DNA from: Nitrososphaeria archaeon | Lineage (GTDB): Archaea > Thermoproteota > Nitrososphaeria > JACIWG01 | Direction of reading: 5' to 3' | Assembly: GCA_050011875.1 (NCBI GenBank) | Contig: JBEKIG010000004.1 | Span: 32,001 to 96,000, forward strand | DNA length: 64,000 nt | Shown here: one piece after another, positions 28,811 to 39,580 of the stretch | Layout: each line of letters starts with the position of its first letter | How positions within the stretch are numbered: the first letter of the stretch is position 1 | The notes under the pieces: generated by a model | Seen by the model: the letters and a program-made list of their open reading frames with translations, nothing else | Database searches by the model: none | What the model was told of the DNA's origin: nothing | Made by a program: the position numbers and the translations under genes

Positions 28811-29659
28811 TTAGGCAGAAGCTGTAACTTCCAAGTCCAGAACTACTTGAACAATTCTGGGTCCGACCTCTCTCACGACTTTTCCTCGAGTTGATGAAAT
28901 CTTGAAGTTATGAGGTAAAACCAGTTCCGGTAAAACTTCGTTAATCGTTTCATCTATCGGTGCTGATTTAACGTGTAGATATAAGTGAATGACACCACCT
29001 TCCTCCCTCAACGCCTTAACAGCGTACGGAAAATATTCTATGGATCTCTCAGGATATGGCATTATAACGCGATTGGCGAAACCTGCGAGCCTGTAACTTA
29101 TTATTCGAGCTGCATCGCCCAAGAAGGCTATTATGCGGTCATCCACCTTATTTACGAAAGCGTTTTTCAATATCATTTCATACGCGTCAGGGTTAAGGTC
29201 AATTACATAATTTGTCGATGTCTTACGTTTTTTTGCGATCAAGATGGAAAACGTGCCGACACCCGCGAACATGTTGACAACAACCTCATTCTCGCCAACG
29301 AGGTTTGCGATCCTCAACCGTTCCGCAGACAACCTCGGTGAAAAATAGGTTTTACCTATGTCTACATAGAATCTGCAACCGCTTTCCTTACATTCTGTGG
29401 AAGTCCGATTTTCCCCAGCTAGATATTCTAAGCCCATCAGCCTATACTCTCCAGAAACAGGTGAAGCCTGTCTGAAAACACATTTTACACTTTTAACGTT
29501 CTCCAGTAAGGTTTCCGCGATCAGGCTCTTCTTTGGCAAAAGTGTGTCCGGGATCTTTATAACCGCAATATCTCCAATAACGTCAAATCCTGAAATTATG
29601 TCGTCAAGCTCTTCAGGCGAGAGTTTCTCTGAAAGTAATTCTTTTACAAGACGCCCCAA
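28811..29659 (-). CDS. Trm5/Taw2 (Met-10+) family tRNA SAM-dependent transferase
   Basis: FDVIGDIAVI, YFSPRLSAER, NMFAGVGTF and DLNPDA motifs. Confidence 0.85.
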   Translation of the reverse strand: MGRLVKELLSEKLSPEELDDIISGFDVIGDIAVIKIPDTLLPKKSLIAETLLENVKSVKCVFRQASPVSGEYRLMGLEYLAGENRTSTECKESGCRFYVDIGKTYFSPRLSAERLRIANLVGENEVVVNMFAGVGTFSILIAKKRKTSTNYVIDLNPDAYEMILKNAFVNKVDDRIIAFLGDAARIISYRLAGFANRVIMPYPERSIEYFPYAVKALREEGGVIHLYLHVKSAPIDETINEVLPELVLPHNFKISSTRGKVVREVGPRIVQVVLDLEVTASA

Positions 29660-29729
29660 TTATTATAGCACTTTGTCCCGTGGAAGTGCACATGATATCA
29701 ATTTATTAAAAGTTTTTCATTTAAGAAAG

Positions 29730-31538
29730 CTATTCTTCTTCCGTCGACCTAGCGATATAATAGTATCTGCCTTCTTCTTTCTGTATCCTATCAAGCTTGC
29801 TCTTAGGTTTGTTTATCCTTGGTCTCCCGGTTGTCCAGTCCCTCCTGTAAGTGATCCCCAACTGTTTCAGAAATTCATTCATGCCATCATCCTTCATCAG
29901 CGGAGCTTCGACGTAACCGAGAAAAGACGGGGTTCCTTTGAATATCATAAGTCTATCAGAGACTATGTCGATTAGCTGTATGTCGTGGTCGACAACGATA
30001 GCCGACTTGTTTCTAGAGCGAATATATCTTTGGATGATCTTAGCGAGTTCAACCCTATCCTCGGCGTCTATGAAGGCCGAGGGCTCATCAAGTGCATATA
30101 TTTCTGCATTCTGTAACAGCGTCGCAGCAACCGCTGTCTTTTGAAGCTCTCCTCCACTCAATTTTAAGACTTCTTTCTCAAACAACTTATCTACGTTAAG
30201 TGGGACGATAACTTCATTGAACTCTGAGATTGATGTCACATCCTTACCTGCAACACTATCCAGCATTTCTTTCACATACTGGAATTCTCCTGACGCCAGA
30301 AGGTACTGAGGCTTATACGATATTTTTGAAGTGATCGATACTTCCCCTGAGTCAGGTTTTTCAACACCCGCTATCATCTTGATAAATGTTGTTTTACCTA
30401 GAGCGTTCGCACCGACTACACCGATTACTTCTCCTAACCTAAGTTTACCGCCGAGGACTTTTAGATTGAATTTATCATATCGCTTTTCAAGATTAGTGTA
30501 TTCTGCTATAGCGACAGATTCTATCATCTCAGGCTTGGGGGTGTAGATGTCAAAAACGATCCTTTTATCCCTAAAACGAATATTTTCTTCAGGAATGTAG
30601 CCGTCTAGGAAAGCGTTTATGCCCGCCTTTGTAGAAATCACATGAGAGACTACACCATAGACCCCAGGCTCCCCGTAAAGCAGGTGGATATGATCGCTGA
30701 GGTAGTCAAGAATCGTGAGGTCGTGTTCGACTACGAAAACACATTTTCCGTTTTTTGCAAGATTCATTATTACATTGGAAACTGCGAGCCTTTGATAGAC
30801 ATCGTTATAGGAAGATGGTTCATCAAAGAAGTATATGTCCGCATCCTTTGCCGCTGAAACAGCGATCGAAAGCCTCTGGAGTTCACCGCCGCTAAGTTGT
30901 GAGACGCTCTTAGTTATAGATTCACGCAGGTTAAGTTGCGATATCAAATCGTCTGATGCACCCCGATGGTCCATCATTTTTAAAAGGGACAACCCGTCTC
31001 CTGACCAAACTTTAACAAGATTGTAGACCGCTTGAGGTTTCACACTAACCTTTAGTTGGTTGTTAACTATCTTTTCAAAATGATCTTTCAAAGCTGTTCC
31101 CTTGAAATAGGTTAGAACATCTTCCCACGTAGGTTCAGGTACCCTGCCAAGGTTAGGTTTGAGCAGCCCTGACATAATGTTGATTACGGTTGACTTACCG
31201 ACGCCATTTCTCCCTAGAAGGCCTACCACAGAATTGGGCTTAGGTGAAGGTAGACGGTAAAGTCTATAACTATTCGGACCATATTGGTGCATCTTTTCAC
31301 CTGCCAGTTCTTCGGCAAGATTAACTATCGAAATAGCTTCGAATGGACAACGCTTTGGGCAGATACCGCACCCTGTACAAAGAATTTCGCTGATAAGTGG
31401 AAAATCGTCTTCGCCTTTCTTAACAGTTTCCTTCTTCATCTTGTTAATGGGACATACGTTTATGCAGATGTAGGGACACTTTTTAGGATTGCAGAGTTCC
31501 CGATCTATCACCGCTATTCTATGAACCACAACTTTCAC
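29730..31538 (-). CDS. rli: Ribosome recycling ATPase ABCE1/Rli1
   Basis: N-terminal 4Fe-4S cysteines, two ABC cassettes (GRNGVGKS, GANALGKT, LSGGELQ) and RPRINK. Confidence 0.95.
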   Translation of the reverse strand: MKVVVHRIAVIDRELCNPKKCPYICINVCPINKMKKETVKKGEDDFPLISEILCTGCGICPKRCPFEAISIVNLAEELAGEKMHQYGPNSYRLYRLPSPKPNSVVGLLGRNGVGKSTVINIMSGLLKPNLGRVPEPTWEDVLTYFKGTALKDHFEKIVNNQLKVSVKPQAVYNLVKVWSGDGLSLLKMMDHRGASDDLISQLNLRESITKSVSQLSGGELQRLSIAVSAAKDADIYFFDEPSSYNDVYQRLAVSNVIMNLAKNGKCVFVVEHDLTILDYLSDHIHLLYGEPGVYGVVSHVISTKAGINAFLDGYIPEENIRFRDKRIVFDIYTPKPEMIESVAIAEYTNLEKRYDKFNLKVLGGKLRLGEVIGVVGANALGKTTFIKMIAGVEKPDSGEVSITSKISYKPQYLLASGEFQYVKEMLDSVAGKDVTSISEFNEVIVPLNVDKLFEKEVLKLSGGELQKTAVAATLLQNAEIYALDEPSAFIDAEDRVELAKIIQRYIRSRNKSAIVVDHDIQLIDIVSDRLMIFKGTPSFLGYVEAPLMKDDGMNEFLKQLGITYRRDWTTGRPRINKPKSKLDRIQKEEGRYYYIARSTEEE

Positions 31539-31541
31539 CCA

Positions 31542-32060
31542 TCATTCTTCCTTTAAACGACCTGGAATCGGGCAGTATTCGCACACTCTGCCTTCGCGAT
31601 AAATATTCATTTCTTCTGCACTATAAACCTTCTTTAAAGTGTTCCAGACCTCCTTTTCTGATGCATTCGAATTCAGATGGACGAGCTCGTGGTCTATGAT
31701 GAGCTTATTGAAATCACATCTGAAGCATTTCTTCTTTATGAAGATCAGCCCGAAAAAATAGCTGTTAACAAGAAGGACGAATCCTATCGAGCCTATAGAG
31801 AAGGTGAATAAAATATAGGAGAGTATTAGCAAAAGTATTAGCGGTAATTCATCAATGTTTAACAAGAGGGTTATGAATACTGCGCTTAAACCTATCCAGA
31901 GGGCAATAAATATGGCACCGAGCAGACCCATGAAATTGTTTCTGTTAAAAGAAAACGCTAGGTTGCGTTTCGTGAGAGAAAGTATCAAGAGTTGAGGGAG
32001 TATTATTAGTAGTAAAGGGTTTAATATAAAAATTCTATAAGATTTCTCTTTTACATTCAA
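31542..32060 (-). CDS. Hypothetical membrane protein with HExxH and CxxC motifs
   Basis: 3-4 TM helices, then CFRC, DHELVH and CEYC. Confidence 0.6.
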   Translation of the reverse strand: MNVKEKSYRIFILNPLLLIILPQLLILSLTKRNLAFSFNRNNFMGLLGAIFIALWIGLSAVFITLLLNIDELPLILLLILSYILFTFSIGSIGFVLLVNSYFFGLIFIKKKCFRCDFNKLIIDHELVHLNSNASEKEVWNTLKKVYSAEEMNIYREGRVCEYCPIPGRLKEE

Positions 32061-32072
32061 CGCTATACACTC

Positions 32073-32885
32073 TCATGGGAAGGCTGGTTCAACGGCGACA
32101 CCGAACTCTCTACCCGCTTTAACAATCTTGGAATAAACTTTATCCATATATCCTTCCCTTATTAATTGGATAACAGTAGACAGCCTGTCGTCTCCAATTT
32201 TGCTTGAAAGCCTTTTAGATAAGATTGGCCTAAGATTTAGTCTGTCGTATAAAAGATGGCTCTCGGTTCTCTTAGCCAAATTCATCACCGCCATTATTGT
32301 TTCTTCATCATCGTTGTAGCCTGGTATAATTGGGCCGTAGAAGATCCACGTTTTAACACCGTTTGAAGCGAACCTTTCTAAAGCCTGAACTCTCGCTTCA
32401 GGTTTAGAGGCGTAAGGTTCAAAGGTTCCTGCGAACTCGTTGCTAAACGATGTAATTGTGAAACCTACTTCGACGTTTTCTCCTCTAATTAGGTCTTCAT
32501 CCCTCAATATCAAAGAGGATTTCGTCTGGAAAGAAATTCTAAAGTTATGTTTAAGAAGGGTTTCTATAAGAGTTCTCGCAAGGCACTTCTCTGACTCGAT
32601 TGGCTGATAAGGGTCTGTTACGGTACTGAATCCGACGACACCAGGTTTCATTGCATGGATCTGTCTCATCAAGGTTTCAGATATATTCCCTTTAGCGTAT
32701 ACGATGTGCCCCCAAGAATCGACAAACTGCTTCTTTCTTAGAACGTCTGGTACGTAGCAGTAAAGGCAGCCGTGCTCACATCCCAAATATGGATTAATAG
32801 TGTAATCTAGTCCGGGGAGACTGCTCTTTGAGAGAGCACTGTAGCATTTTACCTCACCGAGATACTTTGCATGTTTTTGGAGCAA
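32073..32885 (-). CDS. Spore-photoproduct-lyase-like radical SAM protein
   Basis: INPYLGCEHGCLYCY, TDPYQPIE and QTKS motifs. Confidence 0.85.
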   Translation of the reverse strand: MLQKHAKYLGEVKCYSALSKSSLPGLDYTINPYLGCEHGCLYCYVPDVLRKKQFVDSWGHIVYAKGNISETLMRQIHAMKPGVVGFSTVTDPYQPIESEKCLARTLIETLLKHNFRISFQTKSSLILRDEDLIRGENVEVGFTITSFSNEFAGTFEPYASKPEARVQALERFASNGVKTWIFYGPIIPGYNDDEETIMAVMNLAKRTESHLLYDRLNLRPILSKRLSSKIGDDRLSTVIQLIREGYMDKVYSKIVKAGREFGVAVEPAFP

Positions 32886-33048
32886 CAGACGTTCCCTCTT
32901 ATCAAAGAAATTTAGGCTGTTTTTAACAATTGCTATAGCGACAAGCCTTTTAATTCTTTAAAGTTAATACTTGGATTGATAAAATTGATTTAAGGAATCT
33001 AAAGATGTTTTAACAGCAACGTCCCATAGAAAAAACAATATATCATCA

Positions 33049-34359
33049 TTAGGTCGCCTGTTTCCAGTAGTCAGTTATCTTCCTCTGAAAGTGACAGTTT
33101 CTTAGTATTTCACTCTTTGTAACCCATCTGTTCAGAGGTATCGTAAGAGCTTTGGATAGACCCTTCAAAGAAGAATCCAAATCTTCATAAATATCAGGCT
33201 TATTTTTGAACATGTTTCTGACACACTCTCTAACAAACCATACTCCTAACGGCAGAGGAAATTCAGGGTGAATTTCCCTTAAAATGAGGACGGTAGCCTG
33301 TCTTTTCATTCTTTCTAGAGCTTCAGCCGCACCAAGCTTTGACGAGAAATAGCAGCCTCCTATACTCGGATACGTAGTCCTCCCCCAGTAACTTTCGTAA
33401 TCTCCGCCTACATCTGCTTCAGGTAAGGTTTGGTTCCAAAAGGTTCCAGGGAACCATGCCTCCATCCATTCGTAACTCCATTTCTCAGGAAAGAGCAGTG
33501 CTGCATATATATTATGCATGTATACGTATTTGTATAGGAGGTACTTGTCTACTGTTTCATATCTCTTAACCATGTCCATAGTTGTTGATGCTATCATGCT
33601 GTCAACAGCCGTTATACTCCATCTTGTCGGAACAAGTTTTCTATTGTTTTTTAATCCAAACATTCCAACGCTGAATGCTTTTTGGATCTTGCTTACTTCA
33701 ATCCCCGAATTATATAATTCAATTACAGCGTCATGAGATAAAAGGTCTGTGTCATAATATAACTTCTCAATCCTTCTATCGGCTGAAACATTCTGCAGCT
33801 TAAAGTTTTTGAAAGGAGCGCTCGGCCCAAAAGGCTGCGAATAATCATCAATGTAGATTGTGCCAGAGGGCTTCTTAGTGAATTCAATTTCAGATTCCAC
33901 CGGCTTAGAGCTCATCGCTAGTTCATGCAGTTTTCCTATCAGACGGTCTCCTAATCTAACATCGGTAACTTTCATCTGAGTTTTTCCTCTTAAAAGAGAA
34001 TACCTGTAATCAATGATCTGCTCTAAAGATGTTCCCATCCATTCTTCAGGAAGATCCATTATAAGGGTGTCTCCTGTGATTGGAGGAACCATAGGCCCGA
34101 TTGCAACCTTAGGGTAGCCGTATCTTCCTACAAAGACAGACGGCGGAGACGATCCAGCTACATAGTTAGAGTTTATTGGTTTGGACACTTTCACCATCGC
34201 CATCGCCTTTAGGGTTATAGGGCATACAGCTTTTCCGCAGAGATTTCTTCCTCCCCTACAGTAAATACAGATTGAGGAAAATTTTCCTCTGACAGAGACT
34301 CCGCTACTGTCTAGATCTCTTTTCACATGTTCTGGAACTATCTGGTCAAGCCGGCTCAT
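33049..34359 (-). CDS. nreA: DNA repair protein NreA
   Basis: CxxC..C..C N-terminus, GSSPPSVFVGRYGYPKV, LVPTRWSITAVD and a C-terminal PIP box QRKITDYW. Confidence 0.9.
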   Translation of the reverse strand: MSRLDQIVPEHVKRDLDSSGVSVRGKFSSICIYCRGGRNLCGKAVCPITLKAMAMVKVSKPINSNYVAGSSPPSVFVGRYGYPKVAIGPMVPPITGDTLIMDLPEEWMGTSLEQIIDYRYSLLRGKTQMKVTDVRLGDRLIGKLHELAMSSKPVESEIEFTKKPSGTIYIDDYSQPFGPSAPFKNFKLQNVSADRRIEKLYYDTDLLSHDAVIELYNSGIEVSKIQKAFSVGMFGLKNNRKLVPTRWSITAVDSMIASTTMDMVKRYETVDKYLLYKYVYMHNIYAALLFPEKWSYEWMEAWFPGTFWNQTLPEADVGGDYESYWGRTTYPSIGGCYFSSKLGAAEALERMKRQATVLILREIHPEFPLPLGVWFVRECVRNMFKNKPDIYEDLDSSLKGLSKALTIPLNRWVTKSEILRNCHFQRKITDYWKQAT

Positions 34360-34475
34360 TGATCACATCCAAGAGTCAAACGGTCAATTTTAAACTTTAG
34401 TCTTATTGGACTATTCTATGGCATTTTGCCTAAAGTTTAACTATATTTAGAGTCATCGCTAGATGTGAGCTGGGA

Positions 34476-35174
34476 ATGACGCTAAAGATGCCTTGGAGGG
34501 GTTGGAAGCATGTAACAAAGCTTGACCCCGATAAAGACAACAAGGAGGAAATAGTTAACACAGTTCTAGAAAATCGTACTGACGCTATACTAGTTGGCGG
34601 CACACAGGGTGTAACTTTAGAGAAAGTCAGAATGTTGAAGAAAGCGCTCCGAAATTGCGATGTCCCAGTATTGCTAGAACCGTCGAAAGTTGAAGCAGTT
34701 GATCTTTCTTACGACTACTTCTTTGTTCCACTTGTTTTAAACTCCCAAGAGAGGTGGTGGCTTGGTGGAGCTCACATAGAATGGATAAACTCTCTTAAGA
34801 AGACCTTTGGAAGCTACGATAGCATTCCATGGGATAAAATTGTAATAGAAGCTTACATCGTTCTAAACCCTGAATCTGTGGTTGCTAAGGTTACAAAAAG
34901 CATCACTAGTTTAACGATAGACCAGATCGTATCCCATGCCGTATACGCTGACAGAATAATGAATGCCCCCATAGTATACATAGAATACAGCGGAAAATTT
35001 GGAGACCCGAACATTGTGAAGACGGTTAGGGACAACCTGAGAAGTTCCCATCTTTTCTACGGAGGCGGAATTGACTCAAAAGATAGAGCCGCGATTATGG
35101 GAAAATACGCCACAGTAGTAGTTGGAAATATAATATACGATGATGTCAAAAAATATAAGCAGACAATAATTTAG
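34476..35174 (+). CDS. Geranylgeranylglyceryl phosphate synthase (PcrB/group I type)
   Basis: WKHVTKLDPDK, YIEYSG, LFYGGGI and VVVGN motifs. Confidence 0.85.
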   Translation: MTLKMPWRGWKHVTKLDPDKDNKEEIVNTVLENRTDAILVGGTQGVTLEKVRMLKKALRNCDVPVLLEPSKVEAVDLSYDYFFVPLVLNSQERWWLGGAHIEWINSLKKTFGSYDSIPWDKIVIEAYIVLNPESVVAKVTKSITSLTIDQIVSHAVYADRIMNAPIVYIEYSGKFGDPNIVKTVRDNLRSSHLFYGGGIDSKDRAAIMGKYATVVVGNIIYDDVKKYKQTII

Positions 35175-35192
35175 TAATAATGGAGCGTCAGT

Positions 35193-36026
35193 CTATTTCT
35201 GGCGTATAGCTTTCGCAGCTCCTATTGCTGTAGCATAGAGGGCGTTAACTGGAATGGTAGCTTTCCCTCCAAGAATTCTAAGGGTTTCATTTAGCTCTTG
35301 CGAGAAAAGTTCCTCCGCTGGAAGCCTGCCGACGTAGACGATCTCGTTTTCTAGGTTTTTCTGTTTTGCCGCAAAATAGGTTATCGTCGCAATGGTCTGC
35401 GCTATCATCACTATGAGGCCTAAAGCTATATCTTCTGACCTAGTATCATCGCCAACTTTGCCGAAATTAGATGCTGTAGCGTTTGCAGGTATTATCCCTA
35501 TTGGACCTCCTCTAATATCTTGTACCAAAAGGTTTGTTCGCGATATTTCTCCCATCTTCGCCTTTTGAAAGATAGTTGAAGCTTTATCTTTATTGAGTAA
35601 GAGTTTTCCGAGACCGACCATAGTTCCCCCTCCCACACCTGTCCCCCCCAAGTGCTCTACATGATATTTTGTACCATCTTCCTTAGCATAGACTATAGCT
35701 GTCCCCGTCCCTATACTTGCCACTATAGATTCTTTTTTACCTGACAGGTATAGACCTCCTATCCCTATCGCGTCGATTTCGCTTATTATGCTGTATTTTA
35801 GTTCCGTCATGTCGAACTTGAATCCTCTTCCTATCGAACCTGTAAGCGCTACTTCAGATATGTCTCTCATCTTTATCTGCGCTTCAGACAATAGCTTTCC
35901 CAAGCAGCCTAAGGCAGAAGCTAATGAATCTGAAGCTTGAACTTCCGATAATGCCCAAATCTTGCTTTCGTTGAGTAGTACACCCTTTGTTATACTTCCT
36001 CCAATATCTAACCCGGCCACTATCAT
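35193..36026 (-). CDS. Type II pantothenate kinase-like (CoaW/Fumble family)
   Basis: GLDIGGSITK, EIDAIGIGG, SIGTGT, GGTGVGGGT and ASNFGK motifs. Confidence 0.75.
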   Translation of the reverse strand: MIVAGLDIGGSITKGVLLNESKIWALSEVQASDSLASALGCLGKLLSEAQIKMRDISEVALTGSIGRGFKFDMTELKYSIISEIDAIGIGGLYLSGKKESIVASIGTGTAIVYAKEDGTKYHVEHLGGTGVGGGTMVGLGKLLLNKDKASTIFQKAKMGEISRTNLLVQDIRGGPIGIIPANATASNFGKVGDDTRSEDIALGLIVMIAQTIATITYFAAKQKNLENEIVYVGRLPAEELFSQELNETLRILGGKATIPVNALYATAIGAAKAIRQK

Positions 36027-36166
36027 CCGATTCGCTGTAGATATTCTTCCCTTTATTTCTTTTACTAATAAAGAAAAAGTAAGCCGGAGAGTTTAACTCA
36101 AACGCATTGGGTTCAAGAAACGGAAAAAGATAAGAACTGCATGATTCACCTGAAAGGTGCAGAATT

Positions 36167-36976
36167 ATGAATAAAGTCATCAACAAGCCGAATAGGGTCG
36201 TACTTGTGTCAAGGATCGCCATCTGCGCTGCCCTCTATGCTGTGATAAATGGCATTACAGCCGCAATTCCTACGCCATTTTCGATAGGACAATTCAGACC
36301 TGGTGTGATAATACCGGCTTTATTTTCAATCATATTCGGAACTCTAGTGGGGTCGGTTGGCGCAGCTTTAGGGTCTTTTATAGGTGACATAATTTTTTTG
36401 ACACCTTTAGGACGTACCAACCCCTTGTTGGCGTTGGTGGCTGGGGTTCCAGGTAATTTTGTCGGGTTTCTTGTTTTTGGCATTATAATTAATAGATATA
36501 AATCGTGGAGCTGGTTTATGATCGATAGCCTTATAGCTCTATTTATAGGCAATTTTATTGCCGGTGCCGGAGTGGTCCTAATAATTTTCCAAATAAGTAG
36601 CACCCCACTGCCCTTTGGATTAGCATTAGGTGCGACACTAGGGTACGCCTTTTGGTGGTTATTCACAATGCTACCTTTTATGCTACTAGTTTTACCACTA
36701 ATTTTGCGTATATTCCTTAGATATGAAAACGGAAAGGTTTTAGCGCGTGAATTTCTAACGTGGAAAGAGGAGTCGATAAAGCACGTTGCTTTGGTGTCTG
36801 TTCTTGTTTCTTTACCATTATTTCTTGTTTTCATGTTCAGTTACACACCTTACCTTTCTGGTGCATTTGCCGCTCTTGGAAGCCTATCTGATTTGATCCG
36901 TTATCTGATATTAGGGTCAGCCGTTGTACTGCTGTTAACCCCTTTTGCTCCAAAGATAGCGGGTGTTAGATCGTAG
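36167..36976 (+). CDS. ECF-type S-component-like membrane protein
   Basis: IAICAALYAVI..GQFRP..LFSIIFG..G..GAALGSFIGD pattern. Confidence 0.65.
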   Translation: MNKVINKPNRVVLVSRIAICAALYAVINGITAAIPTPFSIGQFRPGVIIPALFSIIFGTLVGSVGAALGSFIGDIIFLTPLGRTNPLLALVAGVPGNFVGFLVFGIIINRYKSWSWFMIDSLIALFIGNFIAGAGVVLIIFQISSTPLPFGLALGATLGYAFWWLFTMLPFMLLVLPLILRIFLRYENGKVLAREFLTWKEESIKHVALVSVLVSLPLFLVFMFSYTPYLSGAFAALGSLSDLIRYLILGSAVVLLLTPFAPKIAGVRS

Positions 36977-37098
36977 TCGAGCAGGCCATGTAATAAATAT
37001 TCAGTAAATCAACACAACTCAGGCGCGGACATTTCACACGCGCGACATAACAAGTTCTTTTATCGTTCTTCCCTGATATTCATAAACAGGCGTAACGT

Positions 37099-38328
37099 TT
37101 AAACCTTATATGAAATCCCTGGCTGAAGATTTTTTATGACATTGAGCTTATCGACGACCTTCTCCCTGATTGTTTTGCTGTCCTCAAACTTTTTTACAAT
37201 CTTGCCGTCAATAATTAGATCGTTGAGCAAAGGGATCATCTTCTTTGAAGGTGGTCTCTCTTCCCTGAGTGCAACAAAATCTGCATATGTATCTGGATCA
37301 CGGTACACAGCCTTTGCACCGCCAATATCTCCCCTTTTAGCCATTGGCACCATCACTCCATCTCTCTCAACAGCTACAATTTTGGCGCTGAAATCAACAG
37401 GTTGTGCGCCGCTTACAGATGCTCCTATACCAAAACCATCTACAAGATCAGAAAGCTCTTGAATTGTTTTTTCATCTATCCCTCCGCTTATGAAAATCTT
37501 GACGTTTTTCATTCCTCTGGCATGAAGTTCCCATTTAACCTCCTCTATGATCTTCCGCCATTCTCCTCTCCTTGATTTAGGTGTATCAAGTCTGACGCCA
37601 TCAAGTTTTGAGCCAAGTGTTTCTGCAGCCATTATCGCTTCTATTTTCTCGTCACAGAAGGTGTCTATCAGAGCTATTCTCGGAACATCCTTGGGCATCG
37701 TTTCATCGAGTGCTAGCCAAGCTTTCCTTTGGTCTTCGAAGACTTGAACCATCGCATGTGGCATTGTGCCAACAGGTGTCAGACCCAGTAGTTTTCCTGC
37801 TAAAACATTAGATACTCCATTGAATCCTGCGATGTATGCCGCTCTCTCCGATGCGGGAGCTATAGCGGGATGAATTCTTCTTGAACCGAAACTGAACATC
37901 ACCTTATCTAAAGCAAGAATTCTGAAGTGTGCTGCTTTAGACGCAATCCCTGTACTGCTGGATAGAAGGCCTAGAAGCGGGTTCTCGTATAAGCAGAAGT
38001 CATCGTAATAACATTCTATCTGCATAACCGGTTCGTACACAATCGACTTGGAGTTGACCTCGAATATTTCCCCTTCGTCCATGCTTTTGACGTTTATTGG
38101 CAGACCTTCCAGAAGCTTTGCTACGTCGTGTACGCCAATCAGAATGCCCCAGTTTCCTTCGAATGGCAGGTTTCTAGCGTAGACTTCAATTACAACCTTC
38201 TTATGCAAACCGAATTTTTCAAGAGCCTTTTTTGTGTAGACTAAATACACATCAGTAGTCTCTGCATTTTTAATCTCATGCTCTGTGGCAATCCAAAAAA
38301 GTCTATCCAAAACTGGATCATTCCCCAA
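37099..38328 (-). CDS. pncB: Nicotinate phosphoribosyltransferase
   Basis: TTDVY, FGSRR, GTMPHA, LIDTF, GVRLDTP and SGGID motifs. Confidence 0.9.
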   Translation of the reverse strand: MGNDPVLDRLFWIATEHEIKNAETTDVYLVYTKKALEKFGLHKKVVIEVYARNLPFEGNWGILIGVHDVAKLLEGLPINVKSMDEGEIFEVNSKSIVYEPVMQIECYYDDFCLYENPLLGLLSSSTGIASKAAHFRILALDKVMFSFGSRRIHPAIAPASERAAYIAGFNGVSNVLAGKLLGLTPVGTMPHAMVQVFEDQRKAWLALDETMPKDVPRIALIDTFCDEKIEAIMAAETLGSKLDGVRLDTPKSRRGEWRKIIEEVKWELHARGMKNVKIFISGGIDEKTIQELSDLVDGFGIGASVSGAQPVDFSAKIVAVERDGVMVPMAKRGDIGGAKAVYRDPDTYADFVALREERPPSKKMIPLLNDLIIDGKIVKKFEDSKTIREKVVDKLNVIKNLQPGISYKV

Positions 38329-38426
38329 TTATATCTGCTGCTATTGTAGATAACACAACATAGATAAAAGTTTAACGTATGCATCATACGATAGATACCT
38401 GTCTCAGACAAGCTGCAGTTTCGAAC

Positions 38427-38840
38427 CTACGCTTTCTTATCTTTACTCTTTCGGCTTTCCCTTATCGCACGCAGATTTTCTCTTTTAGCTCGAGCGTACA
38501 CCTCTGCCATAATATTCCTTGCAGATCTCAACTGTTCCAGTGCTTGAATCATTTTTCCTTCCCCCATAAATCGGAGCACGTTTACTAATTGGTCTCCAGC
38601 TAAACTTATCGTTTGTTCCATGTGGTCGATATCGATCCGCGTACTTGTATTATCTGAGAATTCGACATCTGAAATTTCAAGCTTAACAAGGAACACCGCT
38701 GACTCGCAGTCCCTATAGACCGCCCATAACTCTTTTTCGAGATCCTTAACTGGGGTTCCAGCCATAACTTGTTCCTCTACCGATTTTATTCCATTCGCGG
38801 CACTATCCACGAACTTTAAAATATCAGGTGAACGTCCCAT
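38427..38840 (-). CDS. Hypothetical helical protein
   Basis: 137-aa ORF filling the intergenic space; no motif recognised. Confidence 0.6.
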   Translation of the reverse strand: MGRSPDILKFVDSAANGIKSVEEQVMAGTPVKDLEKELWAVYRDCESAVFLVKLEISDVEFSDNTSTRIDIDHMEQTISLAGDQLVNVLRFMGEGKMIQALEQLRSARNIMAEVYARAKRENLRAIRESRKSKDKKA

Positions 38841-38923
38841 GTTTCAGATTCTCTGCATTAAAATATAATGATTTAAAAAGTTTTTATCACCTCTAAAACA
38901 GAAAATCTATCAGCGATTTAGGT

Positions 38924-39580
38924 ATGACGTTTGAGCTGGTTTCCATTAATGATCTCGGCAGACTAGCCTGTGCTTTTGAACGGACACCTCAGCCTATATT
39001 TGCTTTCAAAGGAAACAAGTCTTGGAATCTTATAATACAGTTTCAGATAGATGAAAAAAAGATAGACTTCTTCCATGTTCAATGCAATAAAATCGGATCT
39101 TTTCTTGGTTACAAGAACGTCTACGGCAACGAAATAGTTGAATTCTTCTCGGTTGTTCAAAATGCTTCATATATCTACGCACCTATTATTTTTCTTAAGA
39201 AGTCTCCGTTTAAACATGGTGAACATAATAAGTTTCCGGGAAATGTTCCTCTAATTGAATTGGAAGATATAGGGAGCCTGATAAGAATTGTAACATACAA
39301 GATTCTCTATGAGGAATCGCCTCTACCTGTTTTTCTATACCCTCTTATCTCGGGCTCAGCCCTTTTTACCATGCTAAGCTATTCGGAGGAAGGACCCGCA
39401 AGAGTATATTATGTAAAAGTAAATGAAGTGCCTCAACAAAATTTCATAAAATATGCCTCTGACCGAGAAGAAACCGACTATACGGACAATGTTGATGGAT
39501 CAGGGTCCATTTATGTAAAGATTATTAAGTTAAGGAGTTTTCCATCAAATGTGGGAAAATGGCCTTCGCGCAAAGGATAA
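38924..39580 (+). CDS. Hypothetical protein with an internal two-fold repeat
   Basis: Two similar halves (ELVSINDLGR..YIYAPIIFLK and ELEDIGSLIR..IYVKIIKL). Confidence 0.65.
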   Translation: MTFELVSINDLGRLACAFERTPQPIFAFKGNKSWNLIIQFQIDEKKIDFFHVQCNKIGSFLGYKNVYGNEIVEFFSVVQNASYIYAPIIFLKKSPFKHGEHNKFPGNVPLIELEDIGSLIRIVTYKILYEESPLPVFLYPLISGSALFTMLSYSEEGPARVYYVKVNEVPQQNFIKYASDREETDYTDNVDGSGSIYVKIIKLRSFPSNVGKWPSRKG

